A stretch of DNA of 64,000 nucleotides from an uncultured Planctomycetia bacterium (GCA_964527765.1 CAZGQR010000001.1:246353-310352); one strand, 5' to 3'; shown: positions 50,190 through 60,137, counted from the first letter of the stretch. Notes: a model not told the origin generated them from the sequence alone. Numbers and translations: made by a program.

Positions 50190-50636
50190 TTACTTGCGCC
50201 AATCAAACTCTATATCGTTGTCAAACGCATCGACCCGGTATTCATCGGGGTTACCGTGATCATAAGGCTCCGTGACCGTATTGACCACCACCGCTTCTTC
50301 ATCCCCCACGCATTTGAATCCGTGGTAGACCTCCGGCGGTATCTGCACGAGGAGCGGCTCCTCCAGGCTTATGACATATTCATCCACGTTGCCGAATGTC
50401 GGAGAATCCTTGCGGCCATCATACAGGCCAAGGCGCATCCTGCCCCTGATGCAGGTAAAGTTATCCGTTTGCTTTTTATGATAATGCCAGGCTTTTACCA
50501 CGCCGGGGAAAGCCGTGGTCATGTATACCTGCCCGAATTTTTCGAACAGGTCATCATCGCTGCGCAATATTTCCATCAGCCGCCCGCGCTCGTCCGGGAT
50601 CACCTTTAACCTTTTCACTCTGACACCCTCTATCAT
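50190..50636 (-). CDS. rfbC: dTDP-4-dehydrorhamnose 3,5-epimerase
   Basis: RmlC cupin, 148 aa. Confidence 0.88.
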   Translation of the reverse strand: MIEGVRVKRLKVIPDERGRLMEILRSDDDLFEKFGQVYMTTAFPGVVKAWHYHKKQTDNFTCIRGRMRLGLYDGRKDSPTFGNVDEYVISLEEPLLVQIPPEVYHGFKCVGDEEAVVVNTVTEPYDHGNPDEYRVDAFDNDIEFDWRK

Positions 50637-50669
50637 CTGTCCCTCCTGTTTACTGACGTCTCGCGGCCA

Positions 50670-51971
50670 TCACCCGCGTCCGATCCCCGCATACCTGAAT
50701 CCCATGTCTTTCATTTTTTCGGGATCGTAGATATTCCTCCCGTCAAGAATGACGGGCTGCCTCATGACGCTCTTGAGCCTCTGCCAGTCGATCTCCTTGA
50801 ATTCGTTCCACTCGGTCATAAGCGCCACGCAATCCGCGTCCCGGGCGGCATCGTAGGCATCTTTGCAGTAAATGATCCGGTCGCCGAGCTCGGCCCTGGT
50901 CTTTTCCATGGCCGCCGGATCAAAAGCCTTTATCTTGGCTCCCGCCGCTATAAGACGCCTGATGATGTCTATCGAAGGTGCGGACCGGATATCGTCCGTA
51001 TTCGGCTTGAATGCCAGTCCCCATATTCCTATGATCTTGTCCGGAAGGTTCCATAACATGTCCGTGATCTTTGAGACCGCGAGTTCCTTCTGCATCTCAT
51101 TGATCTTCTGCACCTCTTTCAGCATATCGAACGGATACCCCAGCCTCTCGGAGATATGGATAAAAGCTTTCAGGTCCTTGGGAAAGCAGGATCCGCCAAA
51201 ACCTATGCCTGCCCCTAAAAAACGCCTGTTTATCCTGGGGTCCAGTCCTATGCCTTCCGCTACGGCATTGACATCGGTTCCCACTTTATCGCATATATTG
51301 CTTATGGCATTGATAAAAGATATCTTGGTGGCCAGAAAAGAATTGGAAGCGTGCTTGATAAGCTCGGCACCTTTTATGTTCGTGACCACGATCTTCGTGC
51401 GAAGAGGTTCATACAGTTCCCTTAATATCTTTTCCGCTTTTTCTGATTCCACGCCGATCACCACCCTGTCCGGGTTCATAAAATCCTCTATCGCCGTGCT
51501 CTCGCGCAGGAACTCGGGATTGGAAGCAATATCAAATTTATTGCTGTTCTTCCCGAACATGTTGATGGTATCTTTCACCCATCTGTTCGTCTCGACCGGA
51601 ACGGTACTTTTTTCCACTATAAGCTTGTAGGAATCCATGTTCTCCGCTATGACCCGCGAGACCTTTTCTATGCCCGTAAGATCGGCGCTGCCGTCCTCGC
51701 GGGGCGGTGTCCCTACGCATATAAAGATCACCTCGGCGGCTTTAACCGCTTCTTTGATGTCCGCGGTAAAGCTGAGCCGGTTGTTCCGGCGGTTTTTCCT
51801 TACGAGCTCCTCGAGACCCGGCTCATATATGGGGATGTCGTCATTATTCAGTGATTCTATCTTTTTTTCATCATTGTCCGCACAAACGACCTCGTTCCCG
51901 AGATCGGCAAAACAAGTCCCCGTTACAAGGCCCACGTATCCTGTCCCAATGATCGCCAGTTTCATGAACAA
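50670..51971 (-). CDS. ugd: UDP-glucose 6-dehydrogenase
   Basis: The motifs are GTGYVGLV and GGSCFPKD (catalytic Cys). Confidence 0.85.
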   Translation of the reverse strand: MFMKLAIIGTGYVGLVTGTCFADLGNEVVCADNDEKKIESLNNDDIPIYEPGLEELVRKNRRNNRLSFTADIKEAVKAAEVIFICVGTPPREDGSADLTGIEKVSRVIAENMDSYKLIVEKSTVPVETNRWVKDTINMFGKNSNKFDIASNPEFLRESTAIEDFMNPDRVVIGVESEKAEKILRELYEPLRTKIVVTNIKGAELIKHASNSFLATKISFINAISNICDKVGTDVNAVAEGIGLDPRINRRFLGAGIGFGGSCFPKDLKAFIHISERLGYPFDMLKEVQKINEMQKELAVSKITDMLWNLPDKIIGIWGLAFKPNTDDIRSAPSIDIIRRLIAAGAKIKAFDPAAMEKTRAELGDRIIYCKDAYDAARDADCVALMTEWNEFKEIDWQRLKSVMRQPVILDGRNIYDPEKMKDMGFRYAGIGRG

Positions 51972-51986
51972 CTCCTTAATGAGACC

Positions 51987-52020
51987 ATAACTTACACGAT
52001 CGACAGAGAACGTAAGTTAT
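51987..52020. promoter_or_regulatory. palindrome ATAACTTAC-N16-GTAAGTTAT, 15-50 nt upstream of the ugd start
   Basis: It is a 9-bp perfect inverted repeat. The same motif occurs at 28837..28869. Confidence 0.4.
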
Positions 52021-52167
52021 ATGGTCGAATTAACCCCGCACCCGGGTATTTATGCTTTTACGATAATCACCGGGGCGCGGAACCAGGTTCCCGAACACAC
52101 TACTATCGTAATATTATATATGGGCTAAAATTATAACATATTATAGTTTAGACCGCAATAGCACCTG

Positions 52168-54402
52168 TTATTTGGGCATGTGCGCGGCGCCCGGCGGGCG
52201 TTTGGAGAACGATCTGCTCAGTCCCAGCGGCAGATCGGGGAAGGCTTTGATCCTGAAAACCAGCCAAAATGTGAAATTATCCCTGATCAGGTTGCCTCCG
52301 TCAACGTCATAAGCAAACTCCACCTCCCAGCAGTGAAGGTCCCTGGTTATCGACACCTGCTGCTCCTCAATAGACATTCTCTGCAGGTCAACCCTCTCAT
52401 ACCACCCTACCTGCCATTTCGGATTCAGCCGGTAGTTCAGGTCGAACGTAAATTGATTCCGCGGCTCGGGTGTCTTTTTTTCGTACCGGTACCCCATGTC
52501 CACCCGGAAAAAATCCCAGGGGCGCAAAGAAGCTTCGATGCTGGCAGTGTTTACTGTCTCGTTCTCCGGAGCGATTTCCATCTTGCTTTCCACGTAAAGC
52601 CATTTATACGGCCTGAGTTCCAGGTCAAATTTAAGATCTCTGAACTGGCCGTTATCTTCAAATGCGAAGCTTTTTTTCTTCATTCGGAAAAGATAATCCA
52701 CGCTGGCAATAAACCTGACAAGATCGACCGTTTCCAGGCCGCTGTCGCCGGGGCGCTTGGTCTGTAATTTATTCTCCAGGGAGAGCGTTACTCCGTTCTC
52801 CTTTTCAAGCGAGTCTATGCTGTCCATCTGAAAAAGATTGTCTTTACTGACGGTCGGCTGGTGCACATGAAAATAACCGGCGCTGGGGGCAAAGATGTGC
52901 CTTAGTCCGTTAATATCGAGCCCCATAAAATCGGTTTCGATATCAAAAATACGGTAGAACCGGGAAGAAACGTCAAGTCCTCCTCCTACGGCAGTGCGAT
53001 AAACGGGGTCGGCTCTCCATTTCGTATGACCGTACGCCGTTCCCCTGAACGTTCCGTACGGGACGAATTCCAAAGGGCCAAGATGCGCGGCGTAGGAAAG
53101 CTTGTGAAAAGAATCGAATCTGTTCACGCTTTCCGAGGACTGGCTCCCGGAAGCGTATTTTTTCTCGAACATGGTCGCCGACATCTCAGAGTTATAGTAA
53201 AGCGGAAAATCCCATAATCTCTGATCCGGAATATCCAGTTTGAGTTCAGGCAGTCTTTCCGTCACGGTATAAAAATCATTGAACCGTGTATTGGCCCCGA
53301 TGCTGAGCGTATAGTTCTGTTTGGCCGATATGACGGAAATATAATTCAGGGGTGTGCGGTTATTCTCCTCGTACTCGTTGTAAAAATAATCTCTCAGGAC
53401 ATTTTCGTCGCTGACCCTGTTAAATTCCAGCATCCCGACAGTTCCCGGGTCGAAATCTATCCGATGCTTCCACTGGAACCTCTTCCGCAATTCCGGATCT
53501 ATCCCTCCCTCGCCCTCAAAAGGCGTGCGCTCGTATGTCCCCTTATCGTTCTGGTGGATAAAATATGAACGGAACAGGCCTTCCCCGAGCCCGGGCATCT
53601 CGAAATCCGAGGCATTGTAGTAAAAGTCCGCGCCCTCGGCAAATCCTTTCTTGCTTCTGTAATCGGCGAGGACATCGACCCTGCTGTTCCCCCTTATATA
53701 GAACCGCCATGCCGATAAAAGAAAATATCCCCAGTCACTGCTCTGGCCGGGAACGAACTGGACCTTGGCGCGGCTCTGTATGATCGGATGATAATAATAC
53801 GGGAACCACAGGACAGGAACCTTTCCGATATAGAAAAAGACGTTCTTGGCGATGACCTTCTCGTCCGGAAATACCTGTATCTCTTCCGCCCTTATGCTGT
53901 AATGCGGTTCATCAAGGTCGCAGGTGGTGATAAAACCTTTTCGGAGAAGATATTCGTTCTCTCCGACCTTAGCGCTTTCTTCGGCATGGCCGAACCACGG
54001 AAACGCCTCGACCTCTCCGCCTATGATCTCTCCTTCTCTCTTGATAAAATCATACCGTATCCGGTCGCCGGTAAGCGTGCCTTCGGGCTGTTCGATAACG
54101 ACATTGCCCTCGCAAAGAGCCCTTCGGGTCCTGGTGTTCACTTCTATCCTGTCGCAGGTCAGCTTTACGTTGCCATGCGTGATGGAAACATTGCCCTCCG
54201 CGACGATCCTGGCTTCCTTCTCAAAATATTCCACCTTATCCCCGTCAACTATGATAGGTTGACCCGGCTTCAGCTGTTTGAGCAGATCGTCGTCCTGGGC
54301 AAAGGAACACGCGGATCCAGCGCATAAAAATGCGCATATGATCAATAATGTCGCTCCCGCGATCCTCAAATCTGACGATATCCTTTGCTTCATCATTTTC
54401 AA
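52168..54402 (-). CDS. lptD: LPS-assembly protein LptD (OstA family outer-membrane beta-barrel)
   Basis: A signal peptide is followed by an N-terminal OstA/LptA-like domain and a large aromatic-rich C-terminal barrel. The protein is 744 aa. Confidence 0.75.
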   Translation of the reverse strand: MKMMKQRISSDLRIAGATLLIICAFLCAGSACSFAQDDDLLKQLKPGQPIIVDGDKVEYFEKEARIVAEGNVSITHGNVKLTCDRIEVNTRTRRALCEGNVVIEQPEGTLTGDRIRYDFIKREGEIIGGEVEAFPWFGHAEESAKVGENEYLLRKGFITTCDLDEPHYSIRAEEIQVFPDEKVIAKNVFFYIGKVPVLWFPYYYHPIIQSRAKVQFVPGQSSDWGYFLLSAWRFYIRGNSRVDVLADYRSKKGFAEGADFYYNASDFEMPGLGEGLFRSYFIHQNDKGTYERTPFEGEGGIDPELRKRFQWKHRIDFDPGTVGMLEFNRVSDENVLRDYFYNEYEENNRTPLNYISVISAKQNYTLSIGANTRFNDFYTVTERLPELKLDIPDQRLWDFPLYYNSEMSATMFEKKYASGSQSSESVNRFDSFHKLSYAAHLGPLEFVPYGTFRGTAYGHTKWRADPVYRTAVGGGLDVSSRFYRIFDIETDFMGLDINGLRHIFAPSAGYFHVHQPTVSKDNLFQMDSIDSLEKENGVTLSLENKLQTKRPGDSGLETVDLVRFIASVDYLFRMKKKSFAFEDNGQFRDLKFDLELRPYKWLYVESKMEIAPENETVNTASIEASLRPWDFFRVDMGYRYEKKTPEPRNQFTFDLNYRLNPKWQVGWYERVDLQRMSIEEQQVSITRDLHCWEVEFAYDVDGGNLIRDNFTFWLVFRIKAFPDLPLGLSRSFSKRPPGAAHMPK

Positions 54403-54415
54403 TGCCTTGCGCCGA

Positions 54416-55822
54416 TCATGCCGCGCAAACGGTATTCCGACCCTTTCGTTTTGCCTTGTAAAGGGCGGTATCAGCTCTTTCTATCAGCGACTCAACATCC
54501 TCTCCGTCCTCCGGATAGGTGGCAATGCCCACGCTGACCGTTATTTTTGCTTCCTCGTCAAAAGCTTTGATCTTCCCGGATTCTATGGATTTTCGCAAGC
54601 GCTCCGCGACGGTCAGGGCAAGCTTTTTTGTCGTTTCAGGAAGGGCGATACAAAATTCCTCTCCGCCGTACCTGGCGATCATATCGACTTCCCTTACCGA
54701 GCCCTTTAATCTTTCCGCTATCTTTTTCAGGACAACATCGCCGACGAGATGGCCATACCTGTCATTGCACTGCTTGAAATGATCGACATCCACCATGCCT
54801 ATTGAGAACGTCAGTCCCAGGCGGCTTGCCCTGTCCACCTCTTCTTTTAACCTTCCCATCAGATACCGTCTCAGGTACACTTCAGTGAGCCCGTCGATTA
54901 TCGAAAGTTCCTGGACCTGCTCGTACAACTCCACTTTTCTGAACTCCAGGGCGATCTGAGAAACAAGGATGCGGAACCTGCTGTAACTGGACTTGGAAGC
55001 GCCTTCGATCGCAAGTATCGCGCGGAGGTCATCGCCCACGAACAGAGGAAATACCAAAAAGGTGTCGTCCCTTGCATTTATCGAATCGAACAGGTCCGGC
55101 TCCTCGTCCCTGCTGACGAAGAACGGCCTGGAATCCCGGCGGCGGGTCCAGTCCACAACCGCCTCATACTCCAGTATCCTTTCGCTGTCCTCATAATAAT
55201 CTTCGTCGCCCACGCTCTTTGATATGCCGCGGGAAAATTCCCCCTTACTGAAGGTCAGAAGATGCGTTATCTTGAATTTGAAGTTCTCTTCAAGAAAATC
55301 AAACAGGGCGTTCAAAAGATCCTCGATCTTCAGCGTCGGGGCAAGCTTTTTTGTTATTTCATAAAGACGTGAAATGCGCGTCAACTCGGTTTCTATTTTC
55401 CTTCCCCTGCGGTCTAGATCCTCCAACTTGTTGACGATACTGTCATATTCGCGCTGACGGACCTGAATATCGGATTCCTGATATGAGAAAAAAGACAAAT
55501 ACAGGTATCTCACCAGATAACTGGCCGCGGCTGCAGAGACCATAAGGCCCGTGATGACGAGCACATCTATAACGTTCAACGCCCCCACGTAATGGTAAAA
55601 TATGAAAAACGCCAGATTGATGGAAAGCAGGGCCGCCGTGAGGGGGAGTGTCATCACGAACGGAGCGATGATAAAAATGAGCGAGATCATGAAAAGGACC
55701 AGATATTCATCGCCCTGCGGCAACTTATAGAACATCCAGCTGACGGCCATCAGCAGGATATTCAAGCCGAATACGATGATCCATTTTGTTTTGCTGGCGT
55801 CTTTGGACATCACTTTGAACAT
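54416..55822 (-). CDS. membrane-anchored GAF-GGDEF diguanylate cyclase
   Basis: It has 4 N-terminal TM helices, a coiled coil and a GAF-like region. The GGEEF active site (RYGGEEF) is intact and an RxxD I-site-like motif lies upstream. Confidence 0.8.
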   Translation of the reverse strand: MFKVMSKDASKTKWIIVFGLNILLMAVSWMFYKLPQGDEYLVLFMISLIFIIAPFVMTLPLTAALLSINLAFFIFYHYVGALNVIDVLVITGLMVSAAAASYLVRYLYLSFFSYQESDIQVRQREYDSIVNKLEDLDRRGRKIETELTRISRLYEITKKLAPTLKIEDLLNALFDFLEENFKFKITHLLTFSKGEFSRGISKSVGDEDYYEDSERILEYEAVVDWTRRRDSRPFFVSRDEEPDLFDSINARDDTFLVFPLFVGDDLRAILAIEGASKSSYSRFRILVSQIALEFRKVELYEQVQELSIIDGLTEVYLRRYLMGRLKEEVDRASRLGLTFSIGMVDVDHFKQCNDRYGHLVGDVVLKKIAERLKGSVREVDMIARYGGEEFCIALPETTKKLALTVAERLRKSIESGKIKAFDEEAKITVSVGIATYPEDGEDVESLIERADTALYKAKRKGRNTVCAA

Positions 55823-57243
55823 ACCGTGTTCTTTCCCTCTGCTTTTGCCTTATACAAATATCTATCCGCTTCCCATATAATATCTTCTCTGAGCCTGGCA
55901 TCCTCGGGAAATACCGCAACGCCGGCAGAGACCGTAACGGTATATTTTTGCCTGCGCAGGACCACCGGCCTGGACTGGATCTCCTTCCTGATGCTGTCGG
56001 CAAGTTTGACCGCCTTCTTTTTGGCGCAATTAAGGGCCAGAAAGGCGAACTCCTCCCCTCCGTACCTGGCGACAATATCGCCGGCGGAAGCCTTGGACTT
56101 CAATATCTGCCCTATATTCTTGAGGACCGCATCCCCTGCGATATGCCCGTGTTCATCGTTGAAATCCTTGAAATTATCGATATCCAGCATCAAAAGCGCG
56201 AAGGAACTGTCGCTGTGTAATGCCCTTTTCACCTCTCCCTCAAGGCGATCCATAAAATACCTGTGCACGTAAAGGCCGGTCAAGCCGTCCCTTATGGCCA
56301 GTTCTTCGGTCTGACGGTACAGGCGCGCGTTCTGCAGCGCAACAGCCGAAAGTTCCCCGATAATATCCAGAATACGCAGTTCGTGCTGGGTAAAAGCGGT
56401 CTCGCGCGGCGAATCCACCCTCAGCATCCCAAGAACACTGCTTTCCATTATCAGCGGCTTGATTATCAAGGAAGTGGAATCATCTTTCAGTTCCTCGCCT
56501 CCGACTGAAAACCGGAAATCCTTCCTCACGTCCTTCACAAGAAGGCTCTTCATGTTTTTCAACGCCCACCTGTCGAAAATACCGCCTTTCTTCATGATAT
56601 ACGCGTCACGCTTCTCGCCTTTTGACGTAAAGGAAAGATTGAGCTCATTATGCGCTTCATCGAGCATGAACAGTAAGACCCTGTTATCCCCTCCGTAGAT
56701 ATTGAATGTCTCCTCCGATACGATCCTTATGATATCCTCGTCCGAAAGAGAGAAACTTAGCCTGTCCGCTATGTTCTTAAGTTTAAAGAGGTTTTCTATC
56801 TTTTTGCCCATAGCTGAAATTTCGGCTTTCCTGTTCCTTCTGTGGTTCTCTATAAGATTGATATCTTCACGGATCCTTTCCATCGTAACCGTGTATTTCT
56901 GACTGGAAACGTTGATCTTCCTGAAAATATAGTAACCTATAAAACTGCTGAGGAAAAAAGCCATGATCAGAACACTGTAATAGTAGGTGTTCAGGTCGAT
57001 CAGGGACCTGTACAGAAAGATCATGGTTATCAGAAAAGAAGCCAGACCGCCGAATACTCCCAGCAGGCTCCAGAAAAGCATGATGACCAGGCTTATCATG
57101 ATCATCAGGCTGATAGCGATAAGTTCCAGGTGCTGTATCCGGCTTCCAAGAGATGGAACGTAGCTATTAAGACAATACAGCAGCCCCGTGAACAGGACAA
57201 CGGAAACCGGTATGAGGAGATTCCTTTTTGTAAAAGGAGTCAT
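55810..57243 (-). CDS. membrane-anchored GAF-GGDEF diguanylate cyclase (paralog)
   Basis: Same architecture as the neighbouring gene, with RYGGEEF. I chose the start at MTPFTKRN so that it clears the ABC ATPase stop. Confidence 0.8.
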   Translation of the reverse strand: MTPFTKRNLLIPVSVVLFTGLLYCLNSYVPSLGSRIQHLELIAISLMIMISLVIMLFWSLLGVFGGLASFLITMIFLYRSLIDLNTYYYSVLIMAFFLSSFIGYYIFRKINVSSQKYTVTMERIREDINLIENHRRNRKAEISAMGKKIENLFKLKNIADRLSFSLSDEDIIRIVSEETFNIYGGDNRVLLFMLDEAHNELNLSFTSKGEKRDAYIMKKGGIFDRWALKNMKSLLVKDVRKDFRFSVGGEELKDDSTSLIIKPLIMESSVLGMLRVDSPRETAFTQHELRILDIIGELSAVALQNARLYRQTEELAIRDGLTGLYVHRYFMDRLEGEVKRALHSDSSFALLMLDIDNFKDFNDEHGHIAGDAVLKNIGQILKSKASAGDIVARYGGEEFAFLALNCAKKKAVKLADSIRKEIQSRPVVLRRQKYTVTVSAGVAVFPEDARLREDIIWEADRYLYKAKAEGKNTVCSK

Positions 57244-57250
57244 GAAAAGT

Positions 57251-58354
57251 TCAGACAATTGTTTTTTCGGTTGCTTTGTCAAAAAAATGGATCTTACTCA
57301 TGTCAAAGACGACATCCATGTCCTGATTTATCTGCGGATTGGCATCGCCCGCGACCCTGGCGACCAAAATGTGTCTACCGCTATTCATATGGATATACAT
57401 TTCCGACCCCAGATGCTCAACCACTTCGCATGTCATCGTCACGATGTTCTCAGGAGGCGCTTCTGAAACAAAAAGCTTCTCATAGATGTCTTCGCTTCTT
57501 ACGCCCATGATCACGCGCTTATCGATATAATCCTGAAGGGCGTCATACATCCCTTCAACTATTTTTATCCGGAAATTGCCCTCATCGAAATACAGCTTCA
57601 TCTCTTTTTTTATGATCTTGCCTTCCAGGAAGTTCATTGGCGGCGCGCCTATAAAACTGGCAACAAATCTGTTGAGCGGCGAATTATACACATTCGTCGG
57701 AGTGCCTATCTGCTGTATGATGCCGTCTTTCATCACGACTATCCTGTCACCCAATGTCATGGCCTCGATCTGATCGTGAGTGACATATATCATCGTTGCC
57801 TGGAGCCTTCTATGCAGTCGACGGAGCTCTGTCCTCATCTGTACCCTGAGCTTAGCGTCGAGATTACACAAAGGTTCATCGAAAAGAAATACTTTAGGTT
57901 TTCTGACAATCGCTCTTCCGACCGCCACGCGCTGACGCTGGCCGTCGGAAAGTTCCTTGGGTTTCCTTTTAAGCAGTTTTTCCAATCCCAGTATAGCGGC
58001 CCCTTCCCTCACCCTTAAATTTATCTCATCTTTGGGGTATTTCTTTAATTTTAATCCGAAAGCCATGTTCTCGTATACGTTCATATGCGGGTAAAGGGCG
58101 TAATTCTGGAACACCATGGCTATATCCCTGTCCTTGGGAGAGACAGAGTTGACTTTTTTGCCGCCGATATAAATATCCCCCTTCGTGGCAGCTTCCAGTC
58201 CCGCTATCAGTCTCAGGGTCGTTGATTTTCCGCAACCGGAAGGCCCGACGAGGACAACAAATTCCTTGTCTTCGACTCCGAAACTTGCGTCATTAACGGC
58301 CTCAACGCCGCCCGGGAAAGTCTTGGCCACATTTCTCAAGCTGACCTGCGCCAT
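57251..58354 (-). CDS. sugar ABC transporter ATP-binding protein (MalK/MsmX/UgpC-like, with C-terminal TOBE domain)
   Basis: Walker A GPSGCGKST, signature LSDGQRQR and Walker B FLFDEP. No cognate permease or SBP is adjacent. Confidence 0.8.
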   Translation of the reverse strand: MAQVSLRNVAKTFPGGVEAVNDASFGVEDKEFVVLVGPSGCGKSTTLRLIAGLEAATKGDIYIGGKKVNSVSPKDRDIAMVFQNYALYPHMNVYENMAFGLKLKKYPKDEINLRVREGAAILGLEKLLKRKPKELSDGQRQRVAVGRAIVRKPKVFLFDEPLCNLDAKLRVQMRTELRRLHRRLQATMIYVTHDQIEAMTLGDRIVVMKDGIIQQIGTPTNVYNSPLNRFVASFIGAPPMNFLEGKIIKKEMKLYFDEGNFRIKIVEGMYDALQDYIDKRVIMGVRSEDIYEKLFVSEAPPENIVTMTCEVVEHLGSEMYIHMNSGRHILVARVAGDANPQINQDMDVVFDMSKIHFFDKATEKTIV

Positions 58355-58379
58355 GTTAGCTCCTTTGGCATATCACATT

Positions 58380-58408
58380 TATATACAATATATCATATTA
58401 ATTGTCAA
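58380..58408 (-). promoter_or_regulatory. Sigma-70 promoter for the ABC ATPase gene. The -35 TTGACA is at 58408..58403 and the -10 TATATA at 58385..58380, with a 17-nt spacer.
   Basis: I read it from the reverse complement. Confidence 0.45.
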
Positions 58409-58628
58409 CTATAATAGACAGTATTTTCTGAAGTATTCGTGGAGATTTAATAAAATGGCGGAGAGGGAGGAATCTCAAGTACGCTAAACAGTGCCGACCC
58501 CGACGCGAGCTTTTCGCTCCTCCCCTATGCTCAAATTGGACATGTTCTGTAGAATTTGAGATAAAATCAAGCATCAAAGGACAATGTGCTTAGCTTTAGG
58601 GTCAGGCGATGCCGCCTGCCGCGGCTAC

Positions 58629-60101
58629 TTACACCCTGCCTCTGCGCTCTTCGAGTTTCCTGCGGATCTCCTGGGTTTTTTGTTTTGTCAAAGGCACGCG
58701 CAGAACAAAAATAATAGCGATCACGAGGCCCACGATCGGTACAGAAGCCAGACTCAAGCGGATCCCGAGTATGGTCTTAGGCGCCTGCACCGTAAGTTTC
58801 CAGGTAAAACCCACCCATGTCAAAATAAGACCGGAAACCCAATACCCTAATGAATTCCCCAGTTTAAGGATATAGGAAGCACAGGAGGTAAAAGAACCTT
58901 CCCTTCTTTCATGTGTATTCAGCTCATCGTCGTCAATAATGTCGGCTCCGATGGAGCTATGCAGCATCCAGAGAGAAGCCGCACACATCCCCATCAGACC
59001 CGAAGCGACCGTTTGCAGCCAGATGATCTTCGGCGTATACAGGAACCAGGAACCGCCGTAACCGCATATGCCTATCAGGCAGGCTACAACTGCCGCATGA
59101 CGTTTGCCGATATGATGCGCAAGAAACGCGTGCAGCGGAACCCCTGTAAGGCCGCCCAGCATAAAAGCCACGCCCATCCAGAACTGCCAGTTATCTCCGA
59201 TGATCTTGTTGCCGCCGGCTACATAAAAAACCGTGGCATAGTAACCAAGTGAGCCTACCATGCTCGTACCCAAAGTGAAAGCGCCGCCCATGATCATCAT
59301 CTGGCGGAACGATCTGTTCCTGAGCGTCTCACCAAAACCGCTCAGGATAGAGATCTTCTCTTTAACGTTCAGCACCACTTTGTCATAGTAGCGTTCTTTT
59401 GTTTTTAAGAAGATCGTTATGGCAAAAATGGCCATTACCACGCCGAATATCGCTGTGTATACCTGCAATCCCAGGAGAGTATTTTTTTGTCCTGTTCCCG
59501 GGATAAGGAACCAGGCCAGGTTGGTGAACCGCAAAGCGTAAAAATTGACCAGTTCCGAGATCTTTTGGGCTACACTGCGATAGGCCATGATGGAGGTACG
59601 CTCTTCATAATCAGGCGACATTTCCGCGCCCAAACTGTAGTACGGCACGGTAAAAGAACTGATTATGGGAATATAGATCATGTTGGACAGTATCATGTAC
59701 CAGAACACCACGGATACGCCGAGGAATTGTATATTCGCCCAGGACGGCGATACCAGGAACAAGACCGGCAGGCCCAGTCCGCTTAAAATACCGGCGATCA
59801 GAATAAAAGGACGCCGGCGGCCCCATTTGCTGCGCAAGTTATCGGACAGCCACCCTACCAGAGGATCAACAATGGCGTCAAAGACCCGGATCAACGTAAG
59901 CGCCAGACCCACGAGCCACGGCGGAACACCCAGATACATGTTGAAAACCGCAAAAGCTACGGACGCGTACAGCCAGAGGCCCCACATATCGAGTGCCGTA
60001 CCAAGACTATAGAATAACTTCGTGGGGACCGGGAGGTGATCGCGCCAGGTTTTGTTCCCGGTAACAACATTAGCTTTTTGCGCTGGGTTAGCTTCTTGCA
60101 C
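58629..60101 (-). CDS. glycoside-pentoside-hexuronide (GPH):cation symporter family transporter
   Basis: It has the MelB/GPH N-terminal signature (LFYSLG...DAIVDPLVGWLSD) and 12 TM segments. Confidence 0.75.
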   Translation of the reverse strand: MQEANPAQKANVVTGNKTWRDHLPVPTKLFYSLGTALDMWGLWLYASVAFAVFNMYLGVPPWLVGLALTLIRVFDAIVDPLVGWLSDNLRSKWGRRRPFILIAGILSGLGLPVLFLVSPSWANIQFLGVSVVFWYMILSNMIYIPIISSFTVPYYSLGAEMSPDYEERTSIMAYRSVAQKISELVNFYALRFTNLAWFLIPGTGQKNTLLGLQVYTAIFGVVMAIFAITIFLKTKERYYDKVVLNVKEKISILSGFGETLRNRSFRQMMIMGGAFTLGTSMVGSLGYYATVFYVAGGNKIIGDNWQFWMGVAFMLGGLTGVPLHAFLAHHIGKRHAAVVACLIGICGYGGSWFLYTPKIIWLQTVASGLMGMCAASLWMLHSSIGADIIDDDELNTHERREGSFTSCASYILKLGNSLGYWVSGLILTWVGFTWKLTVQAPKTILGIRLSLASVPIVGLVIAIIFVLRVPLTKQKTQEIRRKLEERRGRV

Positions 60102-60137
60102 TGTATTTCCTCCTTTTCCTTTTTTTGCGGATCGATC

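Noticed and set aside
58440-58530. A possible small RNA or terminator in the 274-nt gap between the GPH transporter and the ABC ATPase.
   Set aside because: On the minus strand a GGGAGGA/TCCTCCC stem with a 46-nt loop is followed by ATTTTATT. That is consistent with a weak terminator for the transporter gene. It has no features beyond that, so I record it only as a probable terminator.
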